DNA of 64,000 nt from Clostridium sp. CAG:967 (GTDB lineage Bacteria; Cyanobacteriota; Vampirovibrionia; Gastranaerophilales; Gastranaerophilaceae): contig HF991463.1 of assembly GCA_000433095.1 (NCBI GenBank), forward strand, positions 17,022 to 81,021. Reading direction: 5' to 3'. Both the position numbers and the translations under genes were made by a program. Below the pieces are notes generated by a model that worked only from the letters and a program-made list of their open reading frames with translations, had not been told where the DNA came from and made no database searches. Shown here in pieces: positions 28,783 through 38,428 of the stretch (positions within the stretch are counted from its first letter, which is position 1; every line of letters begins with the position of its first letter).

Positions 28783-30696
28783 ATGGTTGATAAAACAAAT
28801 GGTATCGGACCTTTGAACCAACAATTCAGTTCTAAAGGGGTAAGGTTAGCTGCTTTGAAAAAGGAGAATGAGTTATTATTTAACTATTTCAAAAAAGCAG
28901 GTTTTGATGAAAATTCTATGATTTACTCAACAGATATTGAGAAATTAAAAAAAGAATTTGATAAAAACAAGAATGGTCTATCCGTAAAAGAAGCAAGAGC
29001 TATGGGACTTGAGGGTTCCAGAAAAGAAATTAAGAATGCAATTAAAACTCTTGATACGATTGCATCAAGTGAATTGAAAGACGATGATATTTATCCTGTA
29101 AAAGTCAGTGACAGTGAAAAGCATTTTTATACAAAGGATAATAAAATCAAATATGCTCAGGTGATTACTGACGAGGGTGTTCTTACAGAACAGTATCACA
29201 AGAACGGAAATCTTGCAGAAAAATCCGAGCACAGATATGATGCAAAAGGTAATGCTTACAGAGCTGTGTTTGAAAAATATAATGAAGAAGGACAGGTTCT
29301 TACAGGTGAATACGTTGATGAAAACGGTGTAAAAGCCGAAAGAAAATATGATTATTTTAATGGCCGTAAAAATTCAATGACTGAAACACGTGGTCAAAAT
29401 GAAACATTTATAAAATATGAAAGTTTCAACGGAAAAGAACAACCTGTTCGTGTAGTTGATACATTTAAAGGCGATCCTGACTCTGCAAAAGTGACTGAAT
29501 ACGAGTACAACGGGGGGGGGGCAGCCTTAAAGCAAACAGTTACCTATGAAGGCAAAATGATTAAAAATGATGTAACTAAAGAAGAAACAGAGTTCAGCCC
29601 TGATGGAAAAGCTCTAAAAACTACACAATTCCTAAGCGACGGAACAAAAGTTATCAATGACTTAGAAAAAGGTATAAAAGAAACAGTAATTCCTCAAGAA
29701 ATTGCTGCTGAAAATCTTACAGATATTGAAGAAGAAAAACCTGTTGAAAAAACTCCTAAGAAAGCTGCGGGAAAACTTCACCTTCCTGCGGGTTGGACAA
29801 GCGTTCCTTCAAGTTTCAGACACAGTTCTAAAATAATGGAAGCTAAAGATGCGGCAGGTGCTGTTGAAGCATTGTTGAACGCCAGAGGAATTGATGCTGG
29901 CAAAGTTGATAAAGACAAGTTAATAAGTGATGTTGCAAAATTTAATCCGAGCGTATTTGATAAAGAAGGCAAGGTTAAAAACAATGCTAAATGGGATAAA
30001 TTAGACCTTCCTGGTGATATTGCAAAAACATATAAAGCAGGAGGTGCAAAAAAAGCTAAAACAGGCGGACAAACGAAAGCTGATGATACAGGGCATGTAT
30101 TCTATGACGACAAAGGCAATCCAAAAGTAAAAGTTACAAAACTTACTGCCGAAAACGTAAGAGATGTGCTTGCGGAATTCAATAAAGCTACAGGCAATAA
30201 TAAATCACTTCCTTCTGCTATAATTTTTGATAAGGATGTTTCTGATGAAGATAAAGTTAGAGCATTAAAAATGATAAAAGATGCAGTTGATGCAAGCAAT
30301 AAAAACAGAGATTGGGTAAAACCTGGTGATTACAGATATACTGTGCCAAACGGAACTGCAGAAGACAGGTTCAGAGGTGCATCAATGTATGAGTATGTAT
30401 TTGGCAAAGGCTCTTCAGGAATGCTGAATATACCTGACAAATATAAATTCGATCCGGATGCCCAAAAACGTTTGGATGAATTACAGGAAAAATTCGGAAA
30501 ACCTCCTGTATTCCCTGCCCCTGAATTGCCTCAGGCTGAAAAGGAAGAAATTCAAGTGCCTTTTATGACAGAAAGCATGAAAAAAGAAGCTGATGCTCAA
30601 AAAGCACAAGAGAAGGCTAAAGCAGAAGCAAAGGCAGAAGCTGAAAGAAAAGCTGCTGATTTTGAGAAAAGACTTAAAGGTGATTTTACCTTGTAG
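28783..30696 (+). CDS. Hypothetical repeat protein (MORN/YwqK-like Y-x-x-NG-x repeats, K/E/A-rich C-terminal tail)
   Basis: 637 aa; repeats such as YHKNGNLAEKSEHRYDAKGNAY, EYVDENGVKAERKYDYFNGRK; contains an in-frame G10 tract (29512-29521, encodes NGGGA). Confidence 0.45.
   Translation: MVDKTNGIGPLNQQFSSKGVRLAALKKENELLFNYFKKAGFDENSMIYSTDIEKLKKEFDKNKNGLSVKEARAMGLEGSRKEIKNAIKTLDTIASSELKDDDIYPVKVSDSEKHFYTKDNKIKYAQVITDEGVLTEQYHKNGNLAEKSEHRYDAKGNAYRAVFEKYNEEGQVLTGEYVDENGVKAERKYDYFNGRKNSMTETRGQNETFIKYESFNGKEQPVRVVDTFKGDPDSAKVTEYEYNGGGAALKQTVTYEGKMIKNDVTKEETEFSPDGKALKTTQFLSDGTKVINDLEKGIKETVIPQEIAAENLTDIEEEKPVEKTPKKAAGKLHLPAGWTSVPSSFRHSSKIMEAKDAAGAVEALLNARGIDAGKVDKDKLISDVAKFNPSVFDKEGKVKNNAKWDKLDLPGDIAKTYKAGGAKKAKTGGQTKADDTGHVFYDDKGNPKVKVTKLTAENVRDVLAEFNKATGNNKSLPSAIIFDKDVSDEDKVRALKMIKDAVDASNKNRDWVKPGDYRYTVPNGTAEDRFRGASMYEYVFGKGSSGMLNIPDKYKFDPDAQKRLDELQEKFGKPPVFPAPELPQAEKEEIQVPFMTESMKKEADAQKAQEKAKAEAKAEAERKAADFEKRLKGDFTL
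29512..29521. repeat. Homopolymeric G10 tract inside the coding sequence (in frame, ON)
   Basis: TACAAC GGGGGGGGGG CAGCC. Confidence 0.9.
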
Positions 30697-30702
30697 AATA
30701 TA

Positions 30703-30733
30703 AAAAAAGCCCTCATTATTGAGGGCTTTTTAA
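30703..30733. terminator. Bidirectional rho-independent terminator between the convergent repeat-protein gene and murI
   Basis: AAAAAAAGCCCTCATTATTGAGGGCTTTTTAA. Confidence 0.8.
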
Positions 30734-31489
30734 TTGCGGTAATTCTTTTAATTGGTAAAACAGTTCTGATGCTATTTTAAAATTTTCAGGATTAGAGCTT
30801 ACATAAAATTTTTCGTATTCAAACTCATTATTCAGCATATTCTGTTCTGCTAAATCATTTTTAATATTCTCAGCAAAATAAACAGCCGGATCAATAAACT
30901 TGTCCTGTGGCATAAATTTCCTCAAAATACTCATAAGATAAGGATAATGAGTACATGCCAGAACAATTTTGTCAGGAGAAAATTGTTCCATAACTTCCAA
31001 AATCTCTTGAACCTGCAATATGCTTTGAGGCTGATTAATTCTGTGTTCTTCAACAATTCTTACCCAATTTGGCGCTGCAAGTTCAAATACTTCCATGTCA
31101 CTATTATATTTAGCGATTTCTCTTGAGTATGCGTGAGAATTTATTGTTGCCGGAGTTGCTATTACGCCAAGTTTTTTGAGGTTATTTTGTCCTGCTATAG
31201 TTGAACAAACAGACTGAATTATAGGATAAACTTTAAAGTTGTAGTTGTCTTTTAATTTTTCGTATGTTATCGCTGATGTTGTGTTACACGCCATTATTAC
31301 AGCTTTTGCATTTTGTGTTTCAAAAAATTTAAATATTTTATCCGCATACTCAATTAGTTGTTCTTCTGTTTTCTCTCCGTAAGGCATATTTTTTGTATCG
31401 CCGAAATAAAGAGTATTTTCATTAGGTAATAATTTTTTAACCTTCTCAAATACTGTTAGTCCGCCGACACCCGAATCAAAGAATGCCAA
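30716..31489 (-). CDS. murI: Glutamate racemase
   Basis: 257 aa; MAFFDSGVGGLTV, MACNTTSA (catalytic Cys), ACTHYP (second catalytic Cys). Confidence 0.9.
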   Translation of the reverse strand: MAFFDSGVGGLTVFEKVKKLLPNENTLYFGDTKNMPYGEKTEEQLIEYADKIFKFFETQNAKAVIMACNTTSAITYEKLKDNYNFKVYPIIQSVCSTIAGQNNLKKLGVIATPATINSHAYSREIAKYNSDMEVFELAAPNWVRIVEEHRINQPQSILQVQEILEVMEQFSPDKIVLACTHYPYLMSILRKFMPQDKFIDPAVYFAENIKNDLAEQNMLNNEFEYEKFYVSSNPENFKIASELFYQLKELPQLKSPQ

Positions 31490-31508
31490 AGGTCTGTTAT
31501 CTGTTTTT

Positions 31509-33380
31509 TTATCTGTACTGTTTAAAATAGTTCTTTACTCCGTCTGCTATTGCTTTTGCAGTTGCCTGCTTCCGTTTTTCTCCAACCAGTTGGGCTCTTT
31601 CTGCACTGTTGGAAATAAATCCTATTTCGACTAAAATTGCAGGAGCTGTAGTATGATTTATAACATAAAATTTGGACTTGAACAATCCACGATTTGGAGA
31701 ATCAACCGCACTTGCAAGTGATGAGTGGACTGTTTGGGCAAGTGTCATACTTTCCTGATGGTAATAGTGTGTTTCAACTCCGGTAATTTCAGGTCTTACA
31801 CTTGAGTTTACGTGAATACTTACGAAGATATCAGGATTATATTTTTCACTCATTGCTACCCTGTCCTGTAAAGATACATAAGTATCATTAGGTCTTGTCA
31901 TTAATACCGCAAAACCGCTTTTCTTTAACAAATCTTCCACTCGTTTTGCAACATCAAGTGTTATATCTTTTTCGTAAGTTCCTCCGCCTACTGCTCCGGC
32001 ATCTGTTCCTCCATGTCCTGCATCAATTACAATCTTTTTAACACCTGAGGAAACAGGGGTTGTTGAAGGAGGGTTTAAAATAATTGCAGGTGTTGGTTTA
32101 GTTGCCGCTGCAGCTTTCTTTTTAGCTTCTTTTACGGTAACTTTAAGGCTTTTTCCGTCTGCGCCCAAATAAGTACTTGCTATTGCATCCTGCTCTAAAG
32201 GTATTGTAAGTTTTAAACCTGTTTTAGGCATCAAATCAACTGTTGAAGACGAGAACACAGAATTTGCTGCCGCTGATTTGAAATTTGCATCATTGTATTT
32301 GGAAACATTATATAAATATATAATGATTTTATCTTTATATCTGTCAACACCATGAACAATCGGAGTGTCAAATCTCCAAATTAATGATGAAGTCAGGCTG
32401 TCTGTTTTTTCTTTGCTGTAAGCAACTGCATTGCTTTCACTGTTATATAAAGTACTGTTATTAGTTTTTTTGTAGTTAGCCAGGATTAATGACTGGTTGT
32501 CGCTTGAATATATTGGGATGTAATCCTGAACAGCATCTGTTGTAATAACAATTCTTGCTTTGTTAACAGAGAATTGTCCTATTTTAACTGTTTCGGTTTC
32601 GTTAATCCGGTATTCTTTATTTCTTATATCCATATCTACAAGAGTGTTGGGAAGGTCGTAAACAATTCTTGTAGGGTTATATAATATCATTGGTCTTTCT
32701 ATAGTAACGGCGCCAAAACCGTTTAATAAAATCCCGTTTTGTCTTGGTGTAATTTTATTAAGATAGTATTTTGTATTAAGTTTCAGTTCTTTTTTAGCCA
32801 TAGCTTGTTCAATTTGCGTGTTAAATGCTTCTTGAATTTGAGCTGCTATATTGTCCTGGTTTTGAACCGGCACCGGAGTTGTAACGGTCAAATATTCATA
32901 AAAATCGCTTGATGAAGCGTGTTCATCTCTGTAAGTATTATGAAAATAAGGGTTGTCACAGGTAGTTCCGTTTTTAAACTTAATAAATATATTATTTTTT
33001 AACTTTAAGAACTTAATTGTATCCGGATCAAAGTCGTTATCATAATACATTACAACTCTGACCTTATTAGGGTTAATTGAAAACTGGTTTATTTTAATTT
33101 GTTTAATTGGACCTGTTTGGTAAATCCATTCTTGCTTGGGGAATGTAATAATGGAAGCGTCAAGATCAAAGTATGCTCTTGACGGATTTTCCATTTTTAC
33201 AAGCTTAACATCAGGCAGGACAGAACCTGTTTCAGTATCCTGCGCAGTTAATACAATCATTGAATTTGACGTATCAAAGTTGGCTGAAGTAAATTTGAAA
33301 ATTTCTTCAGCACAAGCTTTTTGGACAAATGTAAATAAAGTGATTACAAATAAAGTAAATATAATAAATAATTTTTTCAT
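31509..33380 (-). CDS. N-acetylmuramoyl-L-alanine amidase (Amidase_3, AmiC-like) with a long N-terminal extension
   Basis: 623 aa; signal peptide; C-terminal IVIDAGHGGTDAGAV...DIFVSIHVNSS...EIGFISN amidase_3 catalytic motifs. Confidence 0.85.
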   Translation of the reverse strand: MKKLFIIFTLFVITLFTFVQKACAEEIFKFTSANFDTSNSMIVLTAQDTETGSVLPDVKLVKMENPSRAYFDLDASIITFPKQEWIYQTGPIKQIKINQFSINPNKVRVVMYYDNDFDPDTIKFLKLKNNIFIKFKNGTTCDNPYFHNTYRDEHASSSDFYEYLTVTTPVPVQNQDNIAAQIQEAFNTQIEQAMAKKELKLNTKYYLNKITPRQNGILLNGFGAVTIERPMILYNPTRIVYDLPNTLVDMDIRNKEYRINETETVKIGQFSVNKARIVITTDAVQDYIPIYSSDNQSLILANYKKTNNSTLYNSESNAVAYSKEKTDSLTSSLIWRFDTPIVHGVDRYKDKIIIYLYNVSKYNDANFKSAAANSVFSSSTVDLMPKTGLKLTIPLEQDAIASTYLGADGKSLKVTVKEAKKKAAAATKPTPAIILNPPSTTPVSSGVKKIVIDAGHGGTDAGAVGGGTYEKDITLDVAKRVEDLLKKSGFAVLMTRPNDTYVSLQDRVAMSEKYNPDIFVSIHVNSSVRPEITGVETHYYHQESMTLAQTVHSSLASAVDSPNRGLFKSKFYVINHTTAPAILVEIGFISNSAERAQLVGEKRKQATAKAIADGVKNYFKQYR

Positions 33381-33441
33381 ATATCAATCTCGCTCATTAT
33401 TATTATATAACGGGCAAGAAAAGCTATCAAATTGTAACAAT

Positions 33442-33642
33442 TTATATATCTATAATATTGTTTTTAATAGCTATGTAAACAGCATTAGTTCTGTTTTTGG
33501 CATCCAATTTCCTAATAATGGAACTGATATGAGCCTTAACCGTATGTGTGCTTACAAAAATAATTTTACTGATTTGCCAATTAGCGTAACCCAATGTTAA
33601 TAATCTTAAAATATCAATCTCTCTATTAGTTAATCTTTCCAT
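33442..33642 (-). CDS. Stand-alone LuxR/GerE-type HTH protein
   Basis: 66 aa; LTNREIDILRLLTLGYANWQISKIIFVSTHTVKAHISSIIRKL. Confidence 0.6.
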   Translation of the reverse strand: MERLTNREIDILRLLTLGYANWQISKIIFVSTHTVKAHISSIIRKLDAKNRTNAVYIAIKNNIIDI

Positions 33643-33813
33643 TTTACCTCCTGTCAGTTAAAAGATAACACATAGATTTTTGAAAATATTAATGATAAAT
33701 CTTTTTTTTATTTTTTTTGAAAAAAACTTGAAAATATTTATTTTTTTATATAAAATATTAGTTGTTAATAATTCACGGCTTTTAAAAGTTGTGTTCACCT
33801 TAAGACCCTATAA

Positions 33814-33887
33814 GCGTGTGTAGCTCAGTTGGATAGAGTGTTTGGCTACGAACCAAAAGGTCGGGGGTTCGAATCCCTCCACGCGTA
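33814..33887 (+). tRNA. tRNA-Arg (anticodon ACG)
   Basis: GCGTGTG acceptor, D-arm GCTCAGTTGGATAGAGT, anticodon stem-loop TTTGG-CTACGAA-CCAAA, T-arm GGGGGTTCGAATCCCTC; hand-folded with two G-U pairs in the acceptor. Confidence 0.75.
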
Positions 33888-33889
33888 AT

Positions 33890-33919
33890 AAAAAAGACTT
33901 CTTTGCGGAAGTCTTTTTT
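33890..33919. terminator. Hairpin terminator right after tRNA-Arg (also terminates the convergent minus-strand gene)
   Basis: AAAAAAGACTTCTTTGCGGAAGTCTTTTTT. Confidence 0.8.
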
Positions 33920-34865
33920 ATTGTTGAAAACAATGATTTTTATTTGCAGCTTTTACTTTTATTTTAGGACCCCCGTATTTGTAATACAAAGCCATAATTT
34001 CTTTTGGCGGTTCTACTCCGCCCACAATTGCAGAACCGACTTCTGCTACAAACTCACAAGGTGAAGTTTTTGCGTAGTCACCTATAAATTCCCAGTTTGA
34101 AATAATTTTTTGAACTTTCGGGGATAAAAATTCTGTAGTTATGCCAGTATCTTTTATTCTCCAGGCTGCCAATTCTTCTAGTTTGCCCATTTTATAATAA
34201 TCTTTTTTACTTGAGCAGTTTAAAAAATGTAATCTATGAAAAATCTCATGAAAGACTGTTTGGTTAGGCATTTCATGCACATGAGCGTAGTTGATATTGA
34301 ACTTTTGTAATTGTTTTGATATTTCACAAAGATTTGCTTGACTGGATAATAATTGATCCATTATTTTTAAATAGGAAAGTATATTAGCAGCATCTTTTTG
34401 TGAGAGAATACTAATGTGGTTTGCTATATTGTGACGTATGCAGTTTTCAGAAATGGTTAATATACCATTTTTTGCATCTATACAAGCTGCAACTTGCTCA
34501 AAAGGTTTCGTTTTTGCAGCTGATGCTGAGCGTGGAATACTTTCTTTGCCGATTATTTTCTTTATGCCTATTGGTGAATCTACAGCTTTTTTAATTTGGT
34601 GGAAACTTTGCAGGATATAATTTGCCGTATCAAGTGAGATCATATTGAAATCCTTGATACCAAAAGTTTTTCTTGCGTATTGTTTAGCTTCTTCCATTGT
34701 TTTTAATGGAACAAATTCTTTTGCTTTTTGTGAGAATTGAACAACATCAGCTTCAAGCTTTGGTACAAATTTCAATTCACAAATATTAATTTTTACGGGG
34801 CTGGCAGCAAGTATACTTTTGCCACCTGTTTTTGTCCAAGCAATAATTTCTTTGCCAAATCGCAT
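33918..34865 (-). CDS. Hypothetical protein with HExxH zinc-metallopeptidase-like motif
   Basis: 315 aa; FHEIFHRLHF contains HEIFH; no signal peptide recognised. Confidence 0.45.
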   Translation of the reverse strand: MRFGKEIIAWTKTGGKSILAASPVKINICELKFVPKLEADVVQFSQKAKEFVPLKTMEEAKQYARKTFGIKDFNMISLDTANYILQSFHQIKKAVDSPIGIKKIIGKESIPRSASAAKTKPFEQVAACIDAKNGILTISENCIRHNIANHISILSQKDAANILSYLKIMDQLLSSQANLCEISKQLQKFNINYAHVHEMPNQTVFHEIFHRLHFLNCSSKKDYYKMGKLEELAAWRIKDTGITTEFLSPKVQKIISNWEFIGDYAKTSPCEFVAEVGSAIVGGVEPPKEIMALYYKYGGPKIKVKAANKNHCFQQ

Positions 34866-35253
34866 ATAAAATATTCCTAAATTTTCCCTATATTTATATA
34901 AAGTATTTCTCTTATAAAAAATTTGCTAATTGTTACAAAATATATATCCTTCATCCGTATTCGCAAATCTTGCCTGCCCTCCCGCAAGGTGCGAGGGAAA
35001 ATAACCAAACCGACAGTCTGTTAAACTATTGAAATTAGGGAATTTTGGACCTGTTTAGTATAATTGTTCTTATCATTACGAAATATTAGTTAAAATTAGT
35101 TTTAATAATAATTGTGTTCATGATAGTATTTATTTGATAAGAATATCTTAACATATTATCTGTTTGTTGTTATGGAAAATTTTTTGACAAGCTTGAAGAA
35201 TAAGCAGGAGAGAATGTTTAGAGTTTTTCTTATGGTAATCGGAGGATTTAGAA

Positions 35254-36759
35254 ATGACTAAGATTATTATTCAGGCAGGCGGTAAAGGTACAAGATTAGA
35301 GGGATTGACAAGAAATAAACCGAAATGTTTAGTTCCTGTAAATAATCTGCCTATATTGTTTTATGCTTTTAAAAAGTTTCCCAGTGCTGAATTTACAATA
35401 ATTGCCGATTACAAAACAGATGTTTTGGAAAAGTATCTTGAAAGTTTTGGCAGTGAATATAATTATAAGATTGTTAAAACTCATAAGAAAGGTACCGCTT
35501 CAGGTATTAAAGAAGCTGTCAGCCATTTTTCGGATGACGAACAATTCATGATTTTATGGTGTGATTTGATATTGTCTGAAAATTTTGAAATCCCTGAAAC
35601 TAAAGGTAATTTTGTCGGAATTTCAAAAGAATTTGAATGCCGCTGGTCTTTTGATAAAAATGAATTTATACATGAACCATCGGTCGAAAAAGGTGTTGCC
35701 GGTTTGTTTATATTTGAAAATAAGAAGTATTTGGAAAATATTCCTGAAGAAGGAGCTCTTGTGCCATGGTTGAAAACTCAAAATATAAACTTTAAAGAGC
35801 TTCCTCTATACGGGTCAAAGGAAATTGGAACTATGCTGTCATATTCTGAAAACAACGAATGTACAAAAAGATGGAGGCCGTTCAATTCTATGAAGTTTGA
35901 CGGTGATATTGTTATTAAAGAAGGTATTAACGAGCAGGGAAGAAAAATCGCTGTTGATGAAAGAGCCTGGTATAAGTTTGTAAAAGATAAAGGATATGAA
36001 TTTATTCCTGAGATTTATGAGTATGAACCTTTAAAAATGAAAAAGGTTCAGGGTAAAAATATTTATGAATACGATTGCCTGACAAGAAGTCAAAAAGAGG
36101 AAATCCTGCTAAATATTATCGAAGCTCTTGAAACTTTGCATAACCTTGTTCCTGCACAGCCTGCAAATATTGAAGATACAAAAATGAACTATATACATAA
36201 AACTTTTGAAAGATTGTCAAAAATTGAAAAATTAGTTCCTTTTGCAGATAAAGAATTCATAAGAATAAACGGGCATTATTACAAGAATGTATTCTTTGAC
36301 AAAGAAAATTTCACTAATATTTTAGAAAAGATGATGCCGAAAGAATTTAAATTAATTCACGGTGACTGTACTTTTTCTAATTTGATGTTTGATACATTCA
36401 ATATGAAAACAATTTTGATAGATCCGAGAGGATATTTTGGCAAAACAAAATTATACGGTGATGTAGACTATGATTGGGCTAAACTTTATTATTCACTGAA
36501 AGGTAATTATGACCAGTTTAATCGTAAGAAATTTACGCTGGATATTAAAGAAAAAGAGGTTGAATTAGCTATAAAACCTAACAATTGGGAAGATATGGAA
36601 GAATTTTTCTTTGACAATATTCCGAACATTGATAAAAATAAAATTAAAGCTTTGCATAGTGTTATTTGGTTGTCGCTGACAACTTATGCGTGGGAAGATT
36701 ATGATTCAATTTGTGGCGCATTTTACAACGGAATAATGCTTGCGGGAGAAATGTTATAA
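35254..36759 (+). CDS. Bifunctional sugar/alcohol-phosphate nucleotidyltransferase (N) and APH/choline-kinase-like kinase (C), LicC/LicA-like
   Basis: N-terminal IIQAGGKGTRLEGLTRNKPKCLVPV (NTP_transferase G-x-G-T-R-L); C-terminal LIHGDCTFSNLMFD (HGDxxxxN Brenner motif) and ILIDPRGYFG (DFG-equivalent). Confidence 0.7.
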   Translation: MTKIIIQAGGKGTRLEGLTRNKPKCLVPVNNLPILFYAFKKFPSAEFTIIADYKTDVLEKYLESFGSEYNYKIVKTHKKGTASGIKEAVSHFSDDEQFMILWCDLILSENFEIPETKGNFVGISKEFECRWSFDKNEFIHEPSVEKGVAGLFIFENKKYLENIPEEGALVPWLKTQNINFKELPLYGSKEIGTMLSYSENNECTKRWRPFNSMKFDGDIVIKEGINEQGRKIAVDERAWYKFVKDKGYEFIPEIYEYEPLKMKKVQGKNIYEYDCLTRSQKEEILLNIIEALETLHNLVPAQPANIEDTKMNYIHKTFERLSKIEKLVPFADKEFIRINGHYYKNVFFDKENFTNILEKMMPKEFKLIHGDCTFSNLMFDTFNMKTILIDPRGYFGKTKLYGDVDYDWAKLYYSLKGNYDQFNRKKFTLDIKEKEVELAIKPNNWEDMEEFFFDNIPNIDKNKIKALHSVIWLSLTTYAWEDYDSICGAFYNGIMLAGEML

Positions 36760-37126
36760 GATGATTGAACTATCGCCATTAGCTAAAACATGGATACTGG
36801 ATGTTGACGGTACTATTGTAAAACATAACGGTCATTTAAAAGGCGGTGATGTTTTGTTAGAAGGAGTAAAAGATTTTTACTCCAGAATATCCGATGAAGA
36901 TAAAGTCATTCTTTTAACAGCAAGAAAAGATGAATATCTTGAAGATTTAAAGATGTTTTTGCATAAAAATAATATCAGATATGATTATATTCTTACAGAT
37001 ATGCCTTTTGGCGAGAGAATTCTTGTAAATGACAGAAAACCGAGCGGTTTAAATACTGCTTATGCTATCAATAAAGATAGAGATGATAAGTTAAATATTG
37101 AATTCGCAATTAATGAGGATTTGTAG
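36740..37126 (+). CDS. Small HAD-superfamily phosphatase-like protein
   Basis: 128 aa; ILDVDGTIV (HAD motif I DxDGT), LLTARKD (motif II T), ILVNDRKP (motif IV-like D); possible later start MIELS at 36761. Confidence 0.6.
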   Translation: MREKCYKMIELSPLAKTWILDVDGTIVKHNGHLKGGDVLLEGVKDFYSRISDEDKVILLTARKDEYLEDLKMFLHKNNIRYDYILTDMPFGERILVNDRKPSGLNTAYAINKDRDDKLNIEFAINEDL

Positions 37127-37189
37127 TCGTATGTCAGTCGAGTTTTTTATAATTACAAATAGATATAGAGAATTTCAAGGAGTTTATCT

Positions 37190-38428
37190 GTGAAAATATT
37201 TGGAAAGCAAAAAACAGGTAACACAATTACTTTCAGATTTCTTGGTATTGTTTTGTATAAAAAGACTATGGAATATACAATTTATGATTCAACTCATATT
37301 GTAAAATCTTTCGAGTCCTATGCAGGCGGCTTATTACAAATACACAAAGAAAAAAGAAATTTTGGTTATTATATAGAAAAAAACATTTTGTTATCAGGTA
37401 TTTCTGTTTGCAAAAAGGTCGAACATGGGAATGTTAAGACAAAATATTTTTGCGGCAGAATAGTAAAACAAAAATCAAATATTGATGAGTTAAAAAAGAC
37501 TTGTTTAAATTATTTTGATAAAAAATACGATGATATTTACGTTTTAAATGCGAACAGCGGTGAAATTTATTTATTTTTATCACATGTTTTTGATGCATTT
37601 ATAAAAAAGAATGGCAGTAAAAATCCTTTATTGGTTGCTACGAAAAAATATCATTTAGAAATAGTAAAAATGATTTGTCCTGAAATCCCTGTTATTTATC
37701 TTGATAACCCCTGTATAAAACTTAAGGACGATTGCACTGTAATCGACAATTTTCGATTCTTTGTAATATTTTCTGATATTTATTTCAGAACAATTGAGTA
37801 CAATATAAAGAATAATCCTGTAGGAGAATATCATTACTTTTCTTCAATTATTAAACATGCGGGGGTTTCAGAAAAAGATTTGAAAATGCGTAAAGCAATA
37901 GTGCCGGCAGATAGCGAAAAATCAATGTTAGAAAAAGTTTCTGAGACGGGGCTTAATATAGATAATTTTGTTATAATTGCTCCTGAAGCTAAATCGTGTG
38001 AACTTGTTGATAATCAGTTTTGGATTGATTTGATTAATGGTTACCGCAATGCAAATTACGATATATATGTTAATTTGGCGGACAACATCGTTGATTTGAC
38101 CGGTGTAGAGTATAAAAGTTGTTTTCTGACATATTCCGAACTTTTTGCACTCGCACGGAAAGCTAAGAAAATAGTTTCTTTAAGAAGCGGTTTAACAGAA
38201 TTTTTATTACAGACTAATGTTCCTACAGATGTTTTATATACAAAATTCCGTATGCGTCCGATTTTTAAAGATATGCCGGTAGAACACGTAATGTCAGGAT
38301 TTGGTATTGAAAAAATTAAGGATGTAAATTTGAATAAAGTAAGAGAATTTAACGTAGAAAAATATGATAATTCTTCTTTACTGAAAGAAATTTTAAACAT
38401 TAAGGAAAATCATTTATGCCAAAAATAA
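37190..38428 (+). CDS. Hypothetical protein, possibly GT-B/TagF-like; N-terminus carries a weak copy of the shared module
   Basis: 412 aa; GTG start with RBS AAGGAG; N-terminal MKIFGKQKTGNTITFRFLGIVLYKK; C-terminal ...IVSLRSGLTEFLL resembles the ends of GT-B-fold transferases (weak). Confidence 0.45.
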   Translation: MKIFGKQKTGNTITFRFLGIVLYKKTMEYTIYDSTHIVKSFESYAGGLLQIHKEKRNFGYYIEKNILLSGISVCKKVEHGNVKTKYFCGRIVKQKSNIDELKKTCLNYFDKKYDDIYVLNANSGEIYLFLSHVFDAFIKKNGSKNPLLVATKKYHLEIVKMICPEIPVIYLDNPCIKLKDDCTVIDNFRFFVIFSDIYFRTIEYNIKNNPVGEYHYFSSIIKHAGVSEKDLKMRKAIVPADSEKSMLEKVSETGLNIDNFVIIAPEAKSCELVDNQFWIDLINGYRNANYDIYVNLADNIVDLTGVEYKSCFLTYSELFALARKAKKIVSLRSGLTEFLLQTNVPTDVLYTKFRMRPIFKDMPVEHVMSGFGIEKIKDVNLNKVREFNVEKYDNSSLLKEILNIKENHLCQK

